Notes: a model not told the origin generated them from the letters alone. A DNA stretch of 64,000 nucleotides from Eledone cirrhosa (GCA_964016885.1 OZ024741.1:320912001-320976000); one strand, 5' to 3'; positions 41,990 through 56,107 are shown, counted from the stretch's first letter. Numbers and translations: made by a program.

Positions 41990-42480
41990 ATAATTCGGGA
42001 TGTTTGTTTACAAACAAACCGAGCATTATAATAAATGCTCGGTAAATCCATACGTAAACATATATATGTGTGCATGTATGTATATATATACATACTACTG
42101 TACGTCTGAATACATATATGTATGTACGTATACATACTTATATTTAAGTAACAGCCGTACTAAGAGTGAGAAATGAAATTTCGTTTCATTTTTTCCATTT
42201 ATCGTTTTCGGTGCGCCCGGCCGATTAACTCACTAGATATGCAAATTAGGGTGCTCAGCCGTTAATATGCATAAGGAAAGTATAAACTTTCAAACGTTCA
42301 ATCATCTGGCAGGAAGGTATACGGTGCTGACGATAGCTAATAAGCTTGAAACTAGTACATCGTTCCTTTGTCAGTGTTGACAAAAGGGCAACGATGGTTG
42401 CTAAACACTGTACGGCTTAATTCGGGATGTTTGTTTACAAACAAACCGAACATTATAATTAATGCTCCGTAAATCCATAC

Positions 42481-42554
<74 letters not shown>

Positions 42555-42609
42555 ATATATATACATACTACTGTACGTCAGTATACATATATGTATGTAC
42601 GTATACATA

Positions 42610-42610
<1 letters not shown>
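41990..42610 (+). mobile_element. F3 element, a circularly permuted ~1.3-mer with HHR at 42321-42363
   Basis: AATTCGGGATGTTTGTTTACAAAC occurs at 41992 and 42419. HHR: ACGGTG-CTGACGA-T-AGCT(AATA)AGCT-T-GAAA-CTAG-TA-CATCGT. Confidence 0.85.
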
Positions 42611-42644
<34 letters not shown>

Positions 42645-42699
42645 TTTCGGATGCTGGAATTCAATCATTCTAAATCATATGCTTTCAATTCCTTACAGG

Positions 42700-43005
42700 A
42701 TTAACACCACACTCTGGATCTGAACATATCAACGAATTAATTAAGGTAGAATCTATTCCAACATTATGTTTTCCTGTTTTGTCTGTTCAAGTTCTAACTG
42801 CCTGATGAAGTCATAGCTGTTGAATAATGATTATCACCGAAATATATAAATTGAGGGAATATGAATAAATGAAGGAAATTTTAACCTGTTGACTTACACT
42901 TCTTGTTTATACATTACTCCGGAGTAAACAGACCTATCTGCACACTTCGTTGAGTGCTCTAACTTACGTACTGAGGTGTCGGTAAACAACCAAGACATAC
43001 TCAAA
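42700..43005 (+). mobile_element. F1 element with a decayed HHR (core CTGATGA at 42802-42808)
   Basis: Colinear with 12418-12605 and with the reverse complement of 12143-12300. Confidence 0.8.
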
Positions 43006-44404
43006 TTTATATATATGAAAATATATATATGTATGAAAATATATATTTATATATATAGATGTATGAAAATATATATATATCATATGGGAAATACATATGT
43101 CATAAGGGAAATGTATTTACATAAACTACAATATAAACTGCAAAAAGGAAATGAAAAAGAAAAAGAAGAGAAATAGGGAAAAGAAAAAATAATAAATGAC
43201 TGAATGACTATAAAATAATTACAAAAACACTACAAATATTTAAAAAAGAAAAGGAAGCGAAAGCCAATAGTCAACTTCTAACTATTCGTCTATAATCCTA
43301 ACTATATTGCCATCTATGAATAATTTGTGAAATACGTCGTGTTGAATCGAGGAAGATCAATGAAGTTAAAACTTTGTTACAGTATCAAGGTCAAGGATAT
43401 ATATTGTGGTCTCCTTACACATCACATTCTCTATCATGGTTATTAAAATATTTTGCTAAAGGGATGTAACTGCAGTAATCTGCTGGCATGTACGTACAAC
43501 GGGTTTTCTTTGAGGCCATCATCAGAGTGATGAATTAACAAATAAACGGTTCCTTCGATTTCGATGAGAAGTGTATCAGTTGTTTGATCATAGATAAACA
43601 TGGATATGGTCGCTCAAAATTTCTCTCAAACTACAAAATTTCTCTCAAGCATAGAAACTTGATATAACAGAATCTATTCCTCTAAAGCGCCCAAATAAAG
43701 CGGGATCATCATTGAATCGCCGTGTTTGACCAGAAAGGGTTTTCAGTGAAGGACAAAACAACATTGATTTATAGTGCACGTAGCGGATTACTCCACATAT
43801 ATTTGTATCCATATTCACGTATCCACAGCATGACGCACAGTAGGCAATGGAGGATAATATTTTCCCAAAGTAGCAGACAGTGGTCTTAAACACGTAGGAC
43901 CCAGTAATATATGAAGCAAACCTCTTAACAATTTAATCACGTATGTGCTTCATGTAGCGTATTTGGATTAACTCTGTATAGAAATGAAAACCAAGTCAAT
44001 AATGTACAAGATATAATTTATATTTTACACTCTGTTCATTTCCCTCATTTCTTCTCTCTCACGCTATGGTTTATAATATATTATATTGTATTATTATATT
44101 ATATCATATTATATATTATATTATTACATTACATTACATTACATTATATTACATTATATGCCAAAAGTAGAAACAATTATATTACATTATAATATATTAT
44201 ATTATAGTAGAATGTTGGAATTTGCTCGTATCGTAAATAATATTCTTTTCATATAAAATTCTGTTCTTTTCGAGTTATTTACGCTTTTGTAATAACAATA
44301 AATATATATATGGCGATGATATAAAGTCAGGTATTTGTGAAATTTGTGAAAAGCTGTATAGGCCATTGAAATGCAACTCCACTGCGTGATTGATATTTAT
44401 CTTA

Positions 44405-44672
44405 TTAGGGGTGTGGCGTAGTTGTCAAAAGCAAACTTCGATTGTGCTGCAAATTCCAGTCGAGGTAGAACGGAATTAAATAGCAAGCCACAAGCAACTT
44501 CTATGCAGTTGCTCCACCAGCTAGAAATAGCTGCTAAATCTCCCTCTAATCACACCGTACTGATTAGAATGAAGAAGGCTAGACTTGACAATCTAGTCGA
44601 TGATATACAAACTGGTTGGATGGTCACGGATGGAATGTCTTTAGTCATAGATCTGCTCAATCTGGGCTGATC
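44405..44672 (+). mobile_element. Probable SINE (family C)
   Basis: A-box-like GTGGCGTAGTTG. The segment CTAGAAATAGC.GC.AAAT.TCCCTC recurs inverted near 45275-45305. Confidence 0.45.
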
Positions 44673-44999
44673 GGAAAGTATTACATCTAAGCCATTTTCA
44701 CACAGACATTGAGGCAAGCATAGAGCATTATCAGCTTTGAAAGTGAAAGTAGCTGCACATTAAAAAATATGCATACCTAATTATATTTTTAGATATAATC
44801 TATTTTGTTTTTAAAGTTTACCACATTTTTTCTGGGTCAGTTTATGTTCTATGGAAATGTTTTACTTTCCATCTTTTTCTTGAGTACTTCTTAAAAATTC
44901 CGTTTTGACTTCATCCTTTTGTGTCTTTCGTCTTGTTTTGATCTGTCTCATCAGTGTATTTTGTTTATGTTTCGTACTTTATTGTTTTATTATATACAC

Positions 45000-45130
45000 G
45001 CCGAGGTTAGCTTTGCCTTTCATCCTTACGAGATCGATGAAATAAAGTACCAGTAACACCCTGGGGCCGATTTAATCAACTTTCCCCTCCCCCCAGAATG
45101 GTGGCCTTGTGCCTAAATCAGAAACCATTA
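45000..45130 (+). mobile_element. SINE family A fragment (another at 45615-45710)
   Basis: Core TTTGCCTTTCATCCTTACGAGATCGATGAAATAAAGTACCAG. Confidence 0.8.
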
Positions 45131-47859
45131 TATAGCGAGAAATTATTTTTTTTTTTATGATTCCTTATCAAACTTATCAGGATTCCTTCGATTTTCTCTA
45201 AATGTATTATCACTTGCTTTTTCAACTAGTATTTTTGCAAATCATGGACTACGTCCTTTATTTAAGGTGCGTGGTTGGAGGGAAATTTGGCTGTTATTTC
45301 TAGCCTGTTATACGTCCAGAGAGAAGATTTCTTCTCATTGGCTCATAAGGATAGAATTGTTTTCCCTTTAGTTATAGGACTGGTTTTCATATTCTCTTTA
45401 CGTTTTAGTGCAATTAATGTTTAGTATTTTGGTCATTACGAGGATTATATGCAATGCCACAACAGTCAGTAATGTGGTGATCTGTTAAAATTTGTCATTT
45501 CATGGTGGTCTTCAATAACCACTCAGTTGAGAAATTAGGTTTTTATGGTCATACGTTCCTAGAGATAACATCTACTTCGGACATCGGATTAAAATTGCCT
45601 TGACTTTTTTCCGGCTCACTACGTCTGAGTTCAAATACCACCGAGGTAAATTTTGCCTTTCATCTCTTCGAGGGTGATAAATGAAGTACAAGACCTGTAC
45701 TGGGATCGATTTTTCTTTGTCCTTCTCTTGAAGAAATCGACTTGGAGAAGGATAGGCTCTAGCAGGCAAAAAGTGTGAAGACGGGACCCCTACGAATTCA
45801 TCTAGACTTAAGAACCCTGTGTAGCATCATGTAAGTTTATACGTGCAGTACACTGCAAATGTATTACGTGTCTCAGTGTGTAGTGTGTTACAAGCGTTTT
45901 AAGATGCAACTGTAATTGACTTCAACTGTAGTGGACAGCAACTACAGTAGAATGTAAGTAACGTAGGTTGCTCGTATAGATTGTCGGAGGCAAGTGTAGT
46001 GGTGTAGAAATATAACATGCTGTTATATGCAACTTCACCGGTCCACATTTAGTGTATTAGGCTGAGAAGTATCAACCACATCGGTTAACTACATATGATC
46101 ACGTGAAACATTTACGTTCTTATTAATTTGATGTAAATTCACGTCGGTTTAGTTTTCAAGCGGCGTTTTTTATATGGTATTTCTGCTTGTCTGTCGGTTT
46201 TTCTCTCTCTCTCACACACACGCGCTCGCGCGCGCTCTCTCTCTCTCTTACGCTCTCCCTCACATTTTCATTCGTCTTTTTAAAATGTGCATGTGTATGC
46301 GTATAGGCTTGTGTTTACCCAGATATATATAAGTATGTGTATGTGTGTGTGTATGTGTGTGTATCTGTGTGTGCATGTGTGTGTGTGTGCGTGTGTATGT
46401 GTGTGTGTGTGCGTGTGTGTGTAAGCAGGCGAATCCGAACGAAGGCGGTTAAAATGCTAACTATCGTTTGATGTCTTTGTGACAAAAGGCGACAAAAACA
46501 TGGAAAGCAAATCAAAAGAAGCAGATAACAATAAAGGAAAAATCGAAACTTCGATATATCATGTGATGTGAATGAGGAATTAACAATTTCCTTTGTTCCT
46601 CAGTATTCAGTCATACCTATTTTTGTGCTGCTGTTTTTTGCGTTAGAAATGTCTTTGAAGTATTTAAAGTTAATTTTAAATGAAAGCTTTTATTTGTTTT
46701 TCATTTCTTTATCAAAGAATATAGACACAAAAAATAAAATAAGGTGAATGAAACATATCAATGTCTGTAGATGGTAGAATGGATATGGTGCCGTATAAAA
46801 CATCTTTGAATTTTATTCTTCCATAAATTTTATTCTTCCATAAAAAATCACCAATATCCAAATAAGGGCTCGTTTACTCAACTCTAGCCACCCCAAGTTT
46901 GCAGCCTTGTGCCTATGTTAGAAACCAATTCATGATTTCGTACATCTATTCAGTAATAGTATTAAGAAATGAATGTGTAGAATATGTGCTGTATACATTA
47001 TTTTATATTACTGGAAACTGGTTGTGCACAATATGTATTGTGGATTTATCATATTTTCCCCAGCATTAACACTACAATACTATGCCATCGACTCTGCTGG
47101 GTAGGATATACTGCTATAATGTGTCCCATTAGCTTGCTACGCACACTTCTCTGGTCATGTCAAGGGTGTAACCGTACTCATCACGCTTGCCCAATTGTGA
47201 GTTGATGAGGCTATTTAACCCCTAGATGTTGACTCTGAGGAGTTCATAGGCCCATTAACAGCTCTTTCTCTTTTGTGCAACTGGGGTTCCACTTACCCTC
47301 CTTGCCAGACCAGGGTCTGGTGGGGAATTAGTTTAGTCACCGACCATCCGACCTTGAAATAGGTTGCATTGGGTTACATGGTACCATAATCACGAATTAT
47401 AAGTTGACTTTTGTTTCCAATTCGGAAGAAAATAACTTTAATTTAATAAGGTGTTGAACATTATACTTTACTTTAATAGGGTGGAGGAAATTACAACAGA
47501 TATATAATTATATATTAAAAAATAAAATAAATCTTCTAAAATAGCATTACCATTCATTATACTATTAAAAATAACATTATCAAAATGAAAATAAAAAACA
47601 AAGTTGAAGCTGCAAAAAATATAGAAGTAATATAAAAATGGCGTCCAAATCAACACGATTTCCATTGTTTATTTTTAAAAATGTATTGTAGAAAATATTA
47701 TTTTCATCATCGATAAGTTAATAATATCAAAAAATAAAATATATATATAAAATAATAATATCAAAAAATAAAATATACATATAAAATAATAATATCAAAA
47801 AATAAGATTATCAAAAAATAGAAATAAAATAACAAAGATATGATGAAAATTGAAATTAC

Positions 47860-47949
47860 TGAATGTCCACCAAATCCCTCGCTCTGAACGTTCAAATCCC
47901 AAAGTATATTTGTAATTCATGTCAATTGTGTTTCTCAATATATCACGAC
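47860..47949 (-). other. Possible isolated 90-nt coding exon
   Basis: Minus strand TTTTTTTATGTAG|GTCGTGAT...ACATTCA|GTAATT, an open phase-1 symmetric frame reading RDILRNTIDMNYKYTLGFERSERGIWWTF. I recognise no homology. Confidence 0.15.
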
Positions 47950-48366
47950 CTACATAAAAAAATATGAACATTTCGAAAAAAAAATTGATTGAAAAAATTG
48001 TATCAAAAGGTCAAAGGTTAAGCCATCTGCCATTTACTAAGACATTGTCAAACTGTGTGTGTATTGTGGGTATTGCGGTTGTGGTTGTTTTCTAAGTTTG
48101 TGAAGAACGAGATGGGGAGTGTTTATGGATTGATCCAATCAATCAAGATATTTATTCGCTTCGTTAGTTGGATTTTGTATTTTTTTCTTCGTTTAATTTG
48201 ATCTTTTAGCTGTTTTGTTTTAAAAATTGATTAAAAGTTAGAAGAATGGAGAAAATAAAATATTTGTATAAACTGGAATATTTCCAATTCTTACGGATAT
48301 TTATGTTTGTGTATATATATATGCATGTAACTAGTAAGCTGTACAGACACAAATACACACACTCAC

Positions 48367-48410
<44 letters not shown>

Positions 48411-49115
48411 CTATATATATATATATATTATATGTGTGTCTGTGTGTGTGTGTATGTGTAGGTGTATGTAAGCATGTATGTAGCCGTGCATATGTGTATG
48501 CTTTGTATTTACATGAAGTATATATATATGTGCATATGTTTATGTATGCATGTATGCGTGTATGAGGTATTATGTGTGAGCACGAATGCATGATCTTGTT
48601 TCTTACTCTTAAAAACAAATAGAAAACCAAACCAATGTAATTTGAAAATTAATAAAATATAACGAATAGGTTTTATCTCGACAAAAAACCCAGGGGATTG
48701 ATCTTTCACCCCTAACCATCACGACCCAATAACACATATTATCCATTCTAATCGCCCATTAGTTACTATGGCAAATGTGAGGCAGAGATATTTTAAAACT
48801 TAATTAATGAAAAGCGTCAAACGCAAATGTAGAGAATTTCGTTAACACAGCCATATTAGCGCAGCCATATTAGTTGACATTTTTTTAGCGACTTCAGATT
48901 GTGGAGAATATTTGCGGCAATTACGTGTGCGTGTAGTTTTCTTTATCATGTGAATGTTTCTGAAGTTAGCGAATTTCTGTGTGTCTTTCTCTCTATCTAT
49001 CGATTTATCTACCTAACTATCGATTTAACTATCTATCTGCATATCGATTTATCTGTCTATCTATCTATTAATATATCTATCTTTCTTTCTTGCTTTCCTT
49101 CTCCCTGCCTGTCTG

Positions 49116-49197
<82 letters not shown>

Positions 49198-49202
<5 letters not shown>

Positions 49203-50140
49203 AAGAATTTATATCTAGTAACATATATATACGGTGCCCCAGCATGGCCTCAGCCGGATAGCTGAAACAGGTAAAAGGGTAAAAGAGTAATACATACAAA
49301 TGCATATTGATGCTAGCAAATATATAGGTTTTGTCTTAATAACATTGTGGTTCAATGCATGGGGTTGCAGAACAATTCTCAATGGCTAGGAAGTAAGTCC
49401 ACGATTTGCTATTTCCTATTCACTGATTTATTTTTTAATAAGCTTCCAGTGTCCTCGCTTTGCCTGGAAACTTATATGAGAATTGACTTTCCTGATGACG
49501 GGATGTTTCTCTACACCTTCTTCGGAAGATGTATCTACTCCATTCCAGAAACTAATTAGTTGGAAGTGATATTTTAGTAAGTAAGTTAATTTTATAATTT
49601 TCTTATCTTACGTCTCTTATATTATTGTTCTGCAACCCCATGCATTGAACCACAATGTTAGTAAGACAAAACCTATATATTTGCTAGCATCAATATGCAT
49701 TTGTATGTATATATATGTTACTAGATATAAATTCTTTATTATTATCTCCAAAATATTTGTCGAGCAATACTGGCCATGACTGCTGCTACTGTAGTAGGCT
49801 GGCCGCTGTCTTATTAACAACCCACTTTCCACCGATTGACCTCGACGTCACGTGTTCGATTCTTTTTGAATTTGCCACGAACACAGAGGCAGTGATTTTC
49901 TCAATGGCTAGGAAGTAAGTCCACGATTTGCTATTTCCTATTCACTGATTTATTTTTTTAATAAGCTTCCAGTGTCCTCGCTTTGCCTGGAAACTTATAT
50001 GAGAATTGACTTTCCTGATGACGGGATGTTTCTCTACACCTTCTTCGGAAGATGTATCTACTCCATTCCAGAAACTAATTAGTTGGAAGTGATATTTTAG
50101 TAAGTAAGTTAATTTTATAATTTTCTTATCTTACGTCTCT
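49198..50140. mobile_element. F7-related element: short inverted piece plus a partial tandem (523-bp period) with two HHRs
   Basis: HHRs at 49487-49566 and 50010-50089 (+): CTTTC-CTGATGA-C-GGGATG..TACACCTTC(TTCG)GAAGATGTA..CATTCC-A-GAAA-CTAATTAG-TT-GGAAG. Confidence 0.87.
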
Positions 50141-50883
50141 CTTATATATATATATATAAATATATATGTATATATGAATGTATATATGTATATATACACA
50201 TACATACATGGTGGCTGCCAACTCGTTTTCGAGTACGGCCACTACTTCATATCCATGTGGGAGAACCCCTACCGATGCGCTGAACAAGTGTGACCTTTTA
50301 GTCCAGCCAGAGACTTGAAAACTCTGGTACAAACGCTACACTTGTGACAATTATTGACACATAGTGCTAGGCCCATGGTACCATGTGATGACAAGTGCAG
50401 AGAGATCTCCAGATATAAAGCAATGCCTGTGCCGTGAAGCTTTTATAGTGAGCAAAGGCACTGCACAAAGCCAGTCCCACTCTCTTAACCAAGATGATAT
50501 TTACCAAAAAGAAGAACAAGTCAACATTATTGGATACCATCAGGGTTGCAGGTGTTATATCAGAGTTTTCCTTCTCCTAGAATTCTGCCTTGACAAAGGC
50601 TAAGGGGTCATCTCTCCCGGTGATTTTGGATGGCCATTGACTCTTAAGAGCTCCTTTGCTCTTTGACAGGTTTTGTTTTTAGTCCTGCAGGATGTCCAAA
50701 GTCACCCTCCTCACCAAGAAGCCTTGGTGGGGTTGCCAGTTTAGTCACCAACGACCCGACCATGGGACAGGTTGTACTGGGATACATGTTACCAGTAGCA
50801 CCAACTGGTGACCTGACATTCATGCATATATACGTACATATATGCATACATACATCGTACGCACATACATACATCTATCAATA

Positions 50884-50937
<54 letters not shown>

Positions 50938-50975
50938 TCCTTCTACCTGCAAGCCTATCCATCTATTTATTCATC

Positions 50976-51061
<86 letters not shown>

Positions 51062-51111
51062 CTGTCATTACCCACATTCTTTCTTTCCCTCTCTATATGT
51101 GTGCGTGTGTT

Positions 51112-51187
<76 letters not shown>

Positions 51188-51499
51188 CATACATACGTAC
51201 ATACATAAATGCATATACACAAACATACAACACCTACTTCTCCTTGTGACACAATATCTCTCTCCTTCTCTTTCTCTCTCTTTCTCTCTCCCCCCTCTCT
51301 CTCTCTCTCTCTCTTTCTTTGTCTCACTATTTTTGTTTCACTTTACATATTATATCTCATTGCTTTCGAAATGTAAATAGTAGCAGCGGCAACACTAACT
51401 TTAATACCACCACTACCACAACCACCACTACTTTCATAACCACCACCACTACTACAACACCCACCACCACCCTCATGACCACCATGACCATCAATACAT

Positions 51500-51531
51500 T
51501 GACGTCCACAACCAACAACAACAACAGTAGC

Positions 51532-51611
<80 letters not shown>

Positions 51612-51638
51612 AGCAGCAGCAGCAGCAGGAGCAGCAGC

Positions 51639-51681
<43 letters not shown>

Positions 51682-51685
51682 ATAG

Positions 51686-51719
<34 letters not shown>

Positions 51720-51725
51720 AGCAGT
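51500..51725. repeat. Compound trinucleotide microsatellite (AAC/AGT/AGC/GTT)
   Basis: Direct repeats. Confidence 0.97.
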
Positions 51726-53165
51726 AGTAATAATAACTATAATTTCATTAATAATGACAATTGTAATAACAACAACCAGTATAATATTAATCCAAATACC
51801 CTGAAAAGTAAAAACAAAAACCATTAGCCTAGAATATAACACATCGTTTTAAAACAAAAAACTAAAACATTGAACAACCATAAGCAACAAATAGAAATAA
51901 TTCTGTCGAAAAGAATCGCAGCTCTGGAAATCCCAAGAGAGTTCGATGGCATCAATTCAAGGATTAAAGATTTTTTTTTTCCATTTTTATGGATTTGGAT
52001 TCGGATTTTGATTTGATTTTTACTGAATAATTGCGCTTTTGTGAATTCTGAAGAAGTGAAGATGGCGTGTTCACATGGAGTACAATTGATTTGATTTGTT
52101 ATATAATTTAATTTTATTTTTCATTCAAATAAATATTCAATCTCCTTTGCCTGCCAGAATCAGGAATATATTTTTCCTGATTCTAAAATGATACGAAATG
52201 TTAATGGTTCTAATAAAGGTTGTGCCAGGAATCTATAGTACCCAGTTATCAATCTATTAGTCCATGTTGAACCCGTTTGTGTGTTTAGCTTAGTAAATGG
52301 GTAAAGGGCAGGGCATGTCGATTTTTTTTTAAACCGTTGTAACTAGCAGGAGAAATGGAATTGTTTTTGTTTTGTTTTTACAGGAGACATGTAACAGGCG
52401 GTGATGTTAAAGCAAGTGGTCTAGTGAGTCTATCAAACAACAGTTACAACAGTCCCTACAGCGAGCCTTCACACAATTTCCATTTACCAAATTTCATTCA
52501 CAAGGTTTTGATTGACCTGAATCTATGGTAAAAGCCGCATGTTCATAGTGATTCGAAGCGAGATAAAACCCAGAAGCACGTAACTGGGAAGTGGTGTTGT
52601 AAATTAAACAGCATTGGTTCTTATTGTTCTTATTCTTTAGCCATAGAACGGGACTAATCCAGCAGACATATCTTCAAACAAGTTGAAGTCACCGTCTCCA
52701 ATAAATCGTTTATGGAACCATACTTTACATTGGATTAAAATATCTAAAATATATGGAGTCATTTGAGAGACATTTTACTGCAATTTTAGCAAGTCAACGA
52801 GAGACATTGAGTCTTTCTTTCGATTACACATCTAATAAATGAAATAAGGGATGTCATAACTTGTTGCTATATTATTCATATTCTTGAAGCTTGCTCCGTT
52901 CATAAACATCGAATTTCAGTATACTACGAGATACCAGTGTATTATATAATGAGGTCTATGACCTGCATGTTATAAAGGTATGGTAATGCTGATATCTTAT
53001 CCAAGTAGGCGTTTAAAAACGGTAATTATATAAATTTACATTACATGACGTCTTTGGTTCAATAAACATAATAGGTAACTTGAGAGTTTGTCATTCAACA
53101 TACATATGTTCTAGCTTCGTAGCATAAACACTTACTGAATAAGGAGTCTGGTCGTAAATGTTACA

Positions 53166-53235
<70 letters not shown>

Positions 53236-53243
<8 letters not shown>

Positions 53244-53396
53244 AAAATAACAGGAGACTGGATTTGTGTAAATCCTTGAAAGGTTTATTATACTATGATC
53301 ATTTCAATGACCGGAACCGGTCATTGAAATGATCATAGTATAATAAACCTTTCAAGGATTTACACAAGTCCAGCCTCCTGTTATTTTATTATAATA
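53236..53396. repeat. Near-perfect 160-bp palindrome containing the 3' half of an HHR
   Basis: Centre ACCGG-A-ACCGG near 53315. The right arm has GAAA-TGATCA-TA followed by AATAAA. Confidence 0.85.
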
Positions 53397-53589
53397 ATTA
53401 ACTCCGTACTCGCACCACCAACTACACAAACGAAGATGGGTGAGCTGCATTACGTTGAGTACTCTCCATAATATTACATCGAGATTGACCATACGGAATG
53501 ACCAATTCTATCCAGTGGTGAACCAACAAACCTAAATATATATATATATATATATACCAAGCGTGAACATATATATAACTGAGTAAAAT

Positions 53590-54166
53590 TGCCTCCTAAT
53601 TATCTTATTCTACAACTATGAATATGGCCCAAAACATTGCTAAAATAAACAGTAAAATTCTAAATCAAAATCAGCATAATGATATTAATAATAGTGTTAA
53701 CATAAATAATAATAACTCAAAATGTAATTGTAGAAATAAACCAGATTGCCCTCTGCAAAATAATTGTTTGGACAGTAATTTGGTGTATACATGCACCGTA
53801 AAAACTGATAACAACACATACAACTACATAGGAGCGACTTCTTCTACATTTAAGGCTAGATTTGCGAATCATAAATGCTCATTCTCGAATTCTAATAGGA
53901 AATCTTCGACTTCTTTATCACAGCTTATATGGTCATTAAAAGACAAAAATTTTAAATACTCGATCTTTTGGACGAAACTTTGTAATAGTGGAGTTTATCT
54001 CAACTCAAGTATATCAAGTAACTGCGCCCTCTGTACAATGGAGACCCTATTGATAATTAATAATTATGAAAACTTAATTAACAAAAAAAGTGAATTATTC
54101 TCAAACTGCCTTCATAAAGCTTTGTCTACATTCCAAGCCTCGCATAAAGTCAGGAAAAAACAGTAA
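53590..54166 (+). pseudogene. Penelope-like GIY-YIG endonuclease fragment
   Basis: CNCRNK.DCPLQNNC...NLVYTC.V.....NYIGAT..FKARFANH..SF...TSLS.LIW.LK...CALC..E.L.I......INKKSELFSNCLH. Confidence 0.9.
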
Positions 54167-54994
54167 GCAACCAAGCCTGGTTTTTATACGTACATCATCA
54201 ACTGTTGAAAATATAAATCATAACGGCTTATAAAACTTTAATAATGCTTTATCTTCTAATCATTTATAATGGAAATAATGTTTGAATGAATGACACCTGT
54301 TTAATAACTTGTTTTCAGGTTGGATATGCATAACCTATGGCTTTTTGGATATTTTTAACTTTGATTCAGATCTTTATTTTTCTATCTCTGTTTTAAATAT
54401 ATAGTTTAGATATCTAACCTGTAAATTTTACTGACTTTAATTTGAACTGTGGATCATTCATGCGTTTACATTTTTTTTATATATGTGTATGTATTTTATA
54501 TATATATATATTACTCATTTGGAGATGGTTTTTGAAGACTCAGAAAGTTGGCTTTGCGCTTTGCTTTTTATGTATTTTTAACAAACAATATTAGCAGACA
54601 AATATCGGTTTATATTTCCACTGAACTGGAGGTAGAACTACTAACAGTGTTTGTAATCGTTGTTTTATTGGATATATACCGTCTTATTAATATCTAGTAT
54701 ATCAATGTATAGTTTGTGCAAATATATTTATCTAGTGTAATAACATAATCGTAGTTACACATATACGAAACTACTAACAAAGATTATAATCGTTATTCTT
54801 TATTAAATGTATACCGTCTCATTAATACTTAGTATATATATATAGCTTGTGCAAATATGTTTATATTGTATAATAACATAATCATAAGTATAGTTCGGTA
54901 TATCTCTATATATAGTTTGTACAAGTATATTTATATTGTATAATAACATAATCATAATTAGAGTTCGGTCTTCCCTAGAAGGTAGAACTAATAT

Positions 54995-55178
54995 AATTGT
55001 TTCTACTTTTGGCACAAGGCCAGCAATTACCCATTATTGGTACTTTATTTTATCGACCCTGTAAGGATGAAAGGCAAAGTTAACCTCGGCGGGATTTGAA
55101 CTCAGAATGGCAAGGGCCGTAACTCTATGCGCCAAAGCATAGCGTCCGACCCTCTACTGATACTGCCAATCCACCGCC
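54995..55178 (-). mobile_element. SINE family A, full length
   Basis: Reverse complement of the A box, B box, core and tail. Confidence 0.85.
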
Positions 55179-56000
55179 AGAACTAATATAATGACTTAAT
55201 ATAATATAGGAACAAATAATAAATTATAGTCTTGATATTATGATCAATACACACACACACACATATATATATATATAGCTGAAAACTCTGACATCTTTAG
55301 GTTTAATTATAAGACCTACTAATACTTTAGGTACTGTAACTATTTAACAATAAATTCCTTAATAGTTATAACTGTAAATATCTCATAAATTATATTATAG
55401 AATATGTTGTCAGTGTTACAAGTAATTTTGTTAAAGATTACCTTTGTGAGAATATTGAACATTATATTTTTTTCTTTCGCGGGCTTCGTAAATCCTGTAA
55501 ATTTGTTTTCATAAAACTTTCAATTTTAGAAATTTAACACAATTATATTATAAAATTAATACAAATAACCATCAACTTTTAAAGCCTAAAATGTTGATTC
55601 TTTACCCTAAAATAACATAAATTAAATATTTTGAAATTTAACAGCCAAAGCTATATATATTTATGTGTGTCTAAAGAAAATGTGATCATAAATTACTCCC
55701 CTTTTTCTCTCCCTCTCTTTAATTATCTGTCGGTTGTCTTCTCAAGCTAAATACTAAATAAATTATAACTCCAGATACGTCTTCCTCTATAGTTCTATAG
55801 TAGTATTTCAAATTTTAAAAACTCTATAACTGTTGCATTAAGGCAATGTTTTTCTTACTAACACTCTCTCTATTGATTCTATTACGCTTTCGCATGTTCT
55901 CAATATTAGGGTATAAATATTGAGTTTTCTCATATGTTAATCACTACCTTGATTAAATCTTAACCATCTAACATGTCAGGGTATGTCATGTATCATTTTA

Positions 56001-56063
56001 TTTTATCTGATGAGGACGTACTGTTGAAATTGATTCAGTACCTCTGAAATATGTATAATGAAA
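56001..56063 (+). ncRNA. Type-I hammerhead ribozyme (F1-like architecture)
   Basis: TTTTAT-CTGATGA-GGA-CGTACTG..CAGTAC-CTCT-GAAA-TATGTA-TA-ATGAAA, about 45 nt before a (TA)n tract. Confidence 0.72.
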
Positions 56064-56107
56064 TTTAATTGATCACAAGAATATCTATTTTGTTAATATT
56101 TGAATTA

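Noticed and set aside
48008-48020. DR1 nuclear-receptor-like site AGGTCAAAGGTTA
   Set aside because: A single short motif with no gene context cannot be distinguished from chance.
51319-51842. Thr/Ser/Val-rich mucin-like or membrane-like ORFs
   Set aside because: They arise from compound trinucleotide microsatellites.
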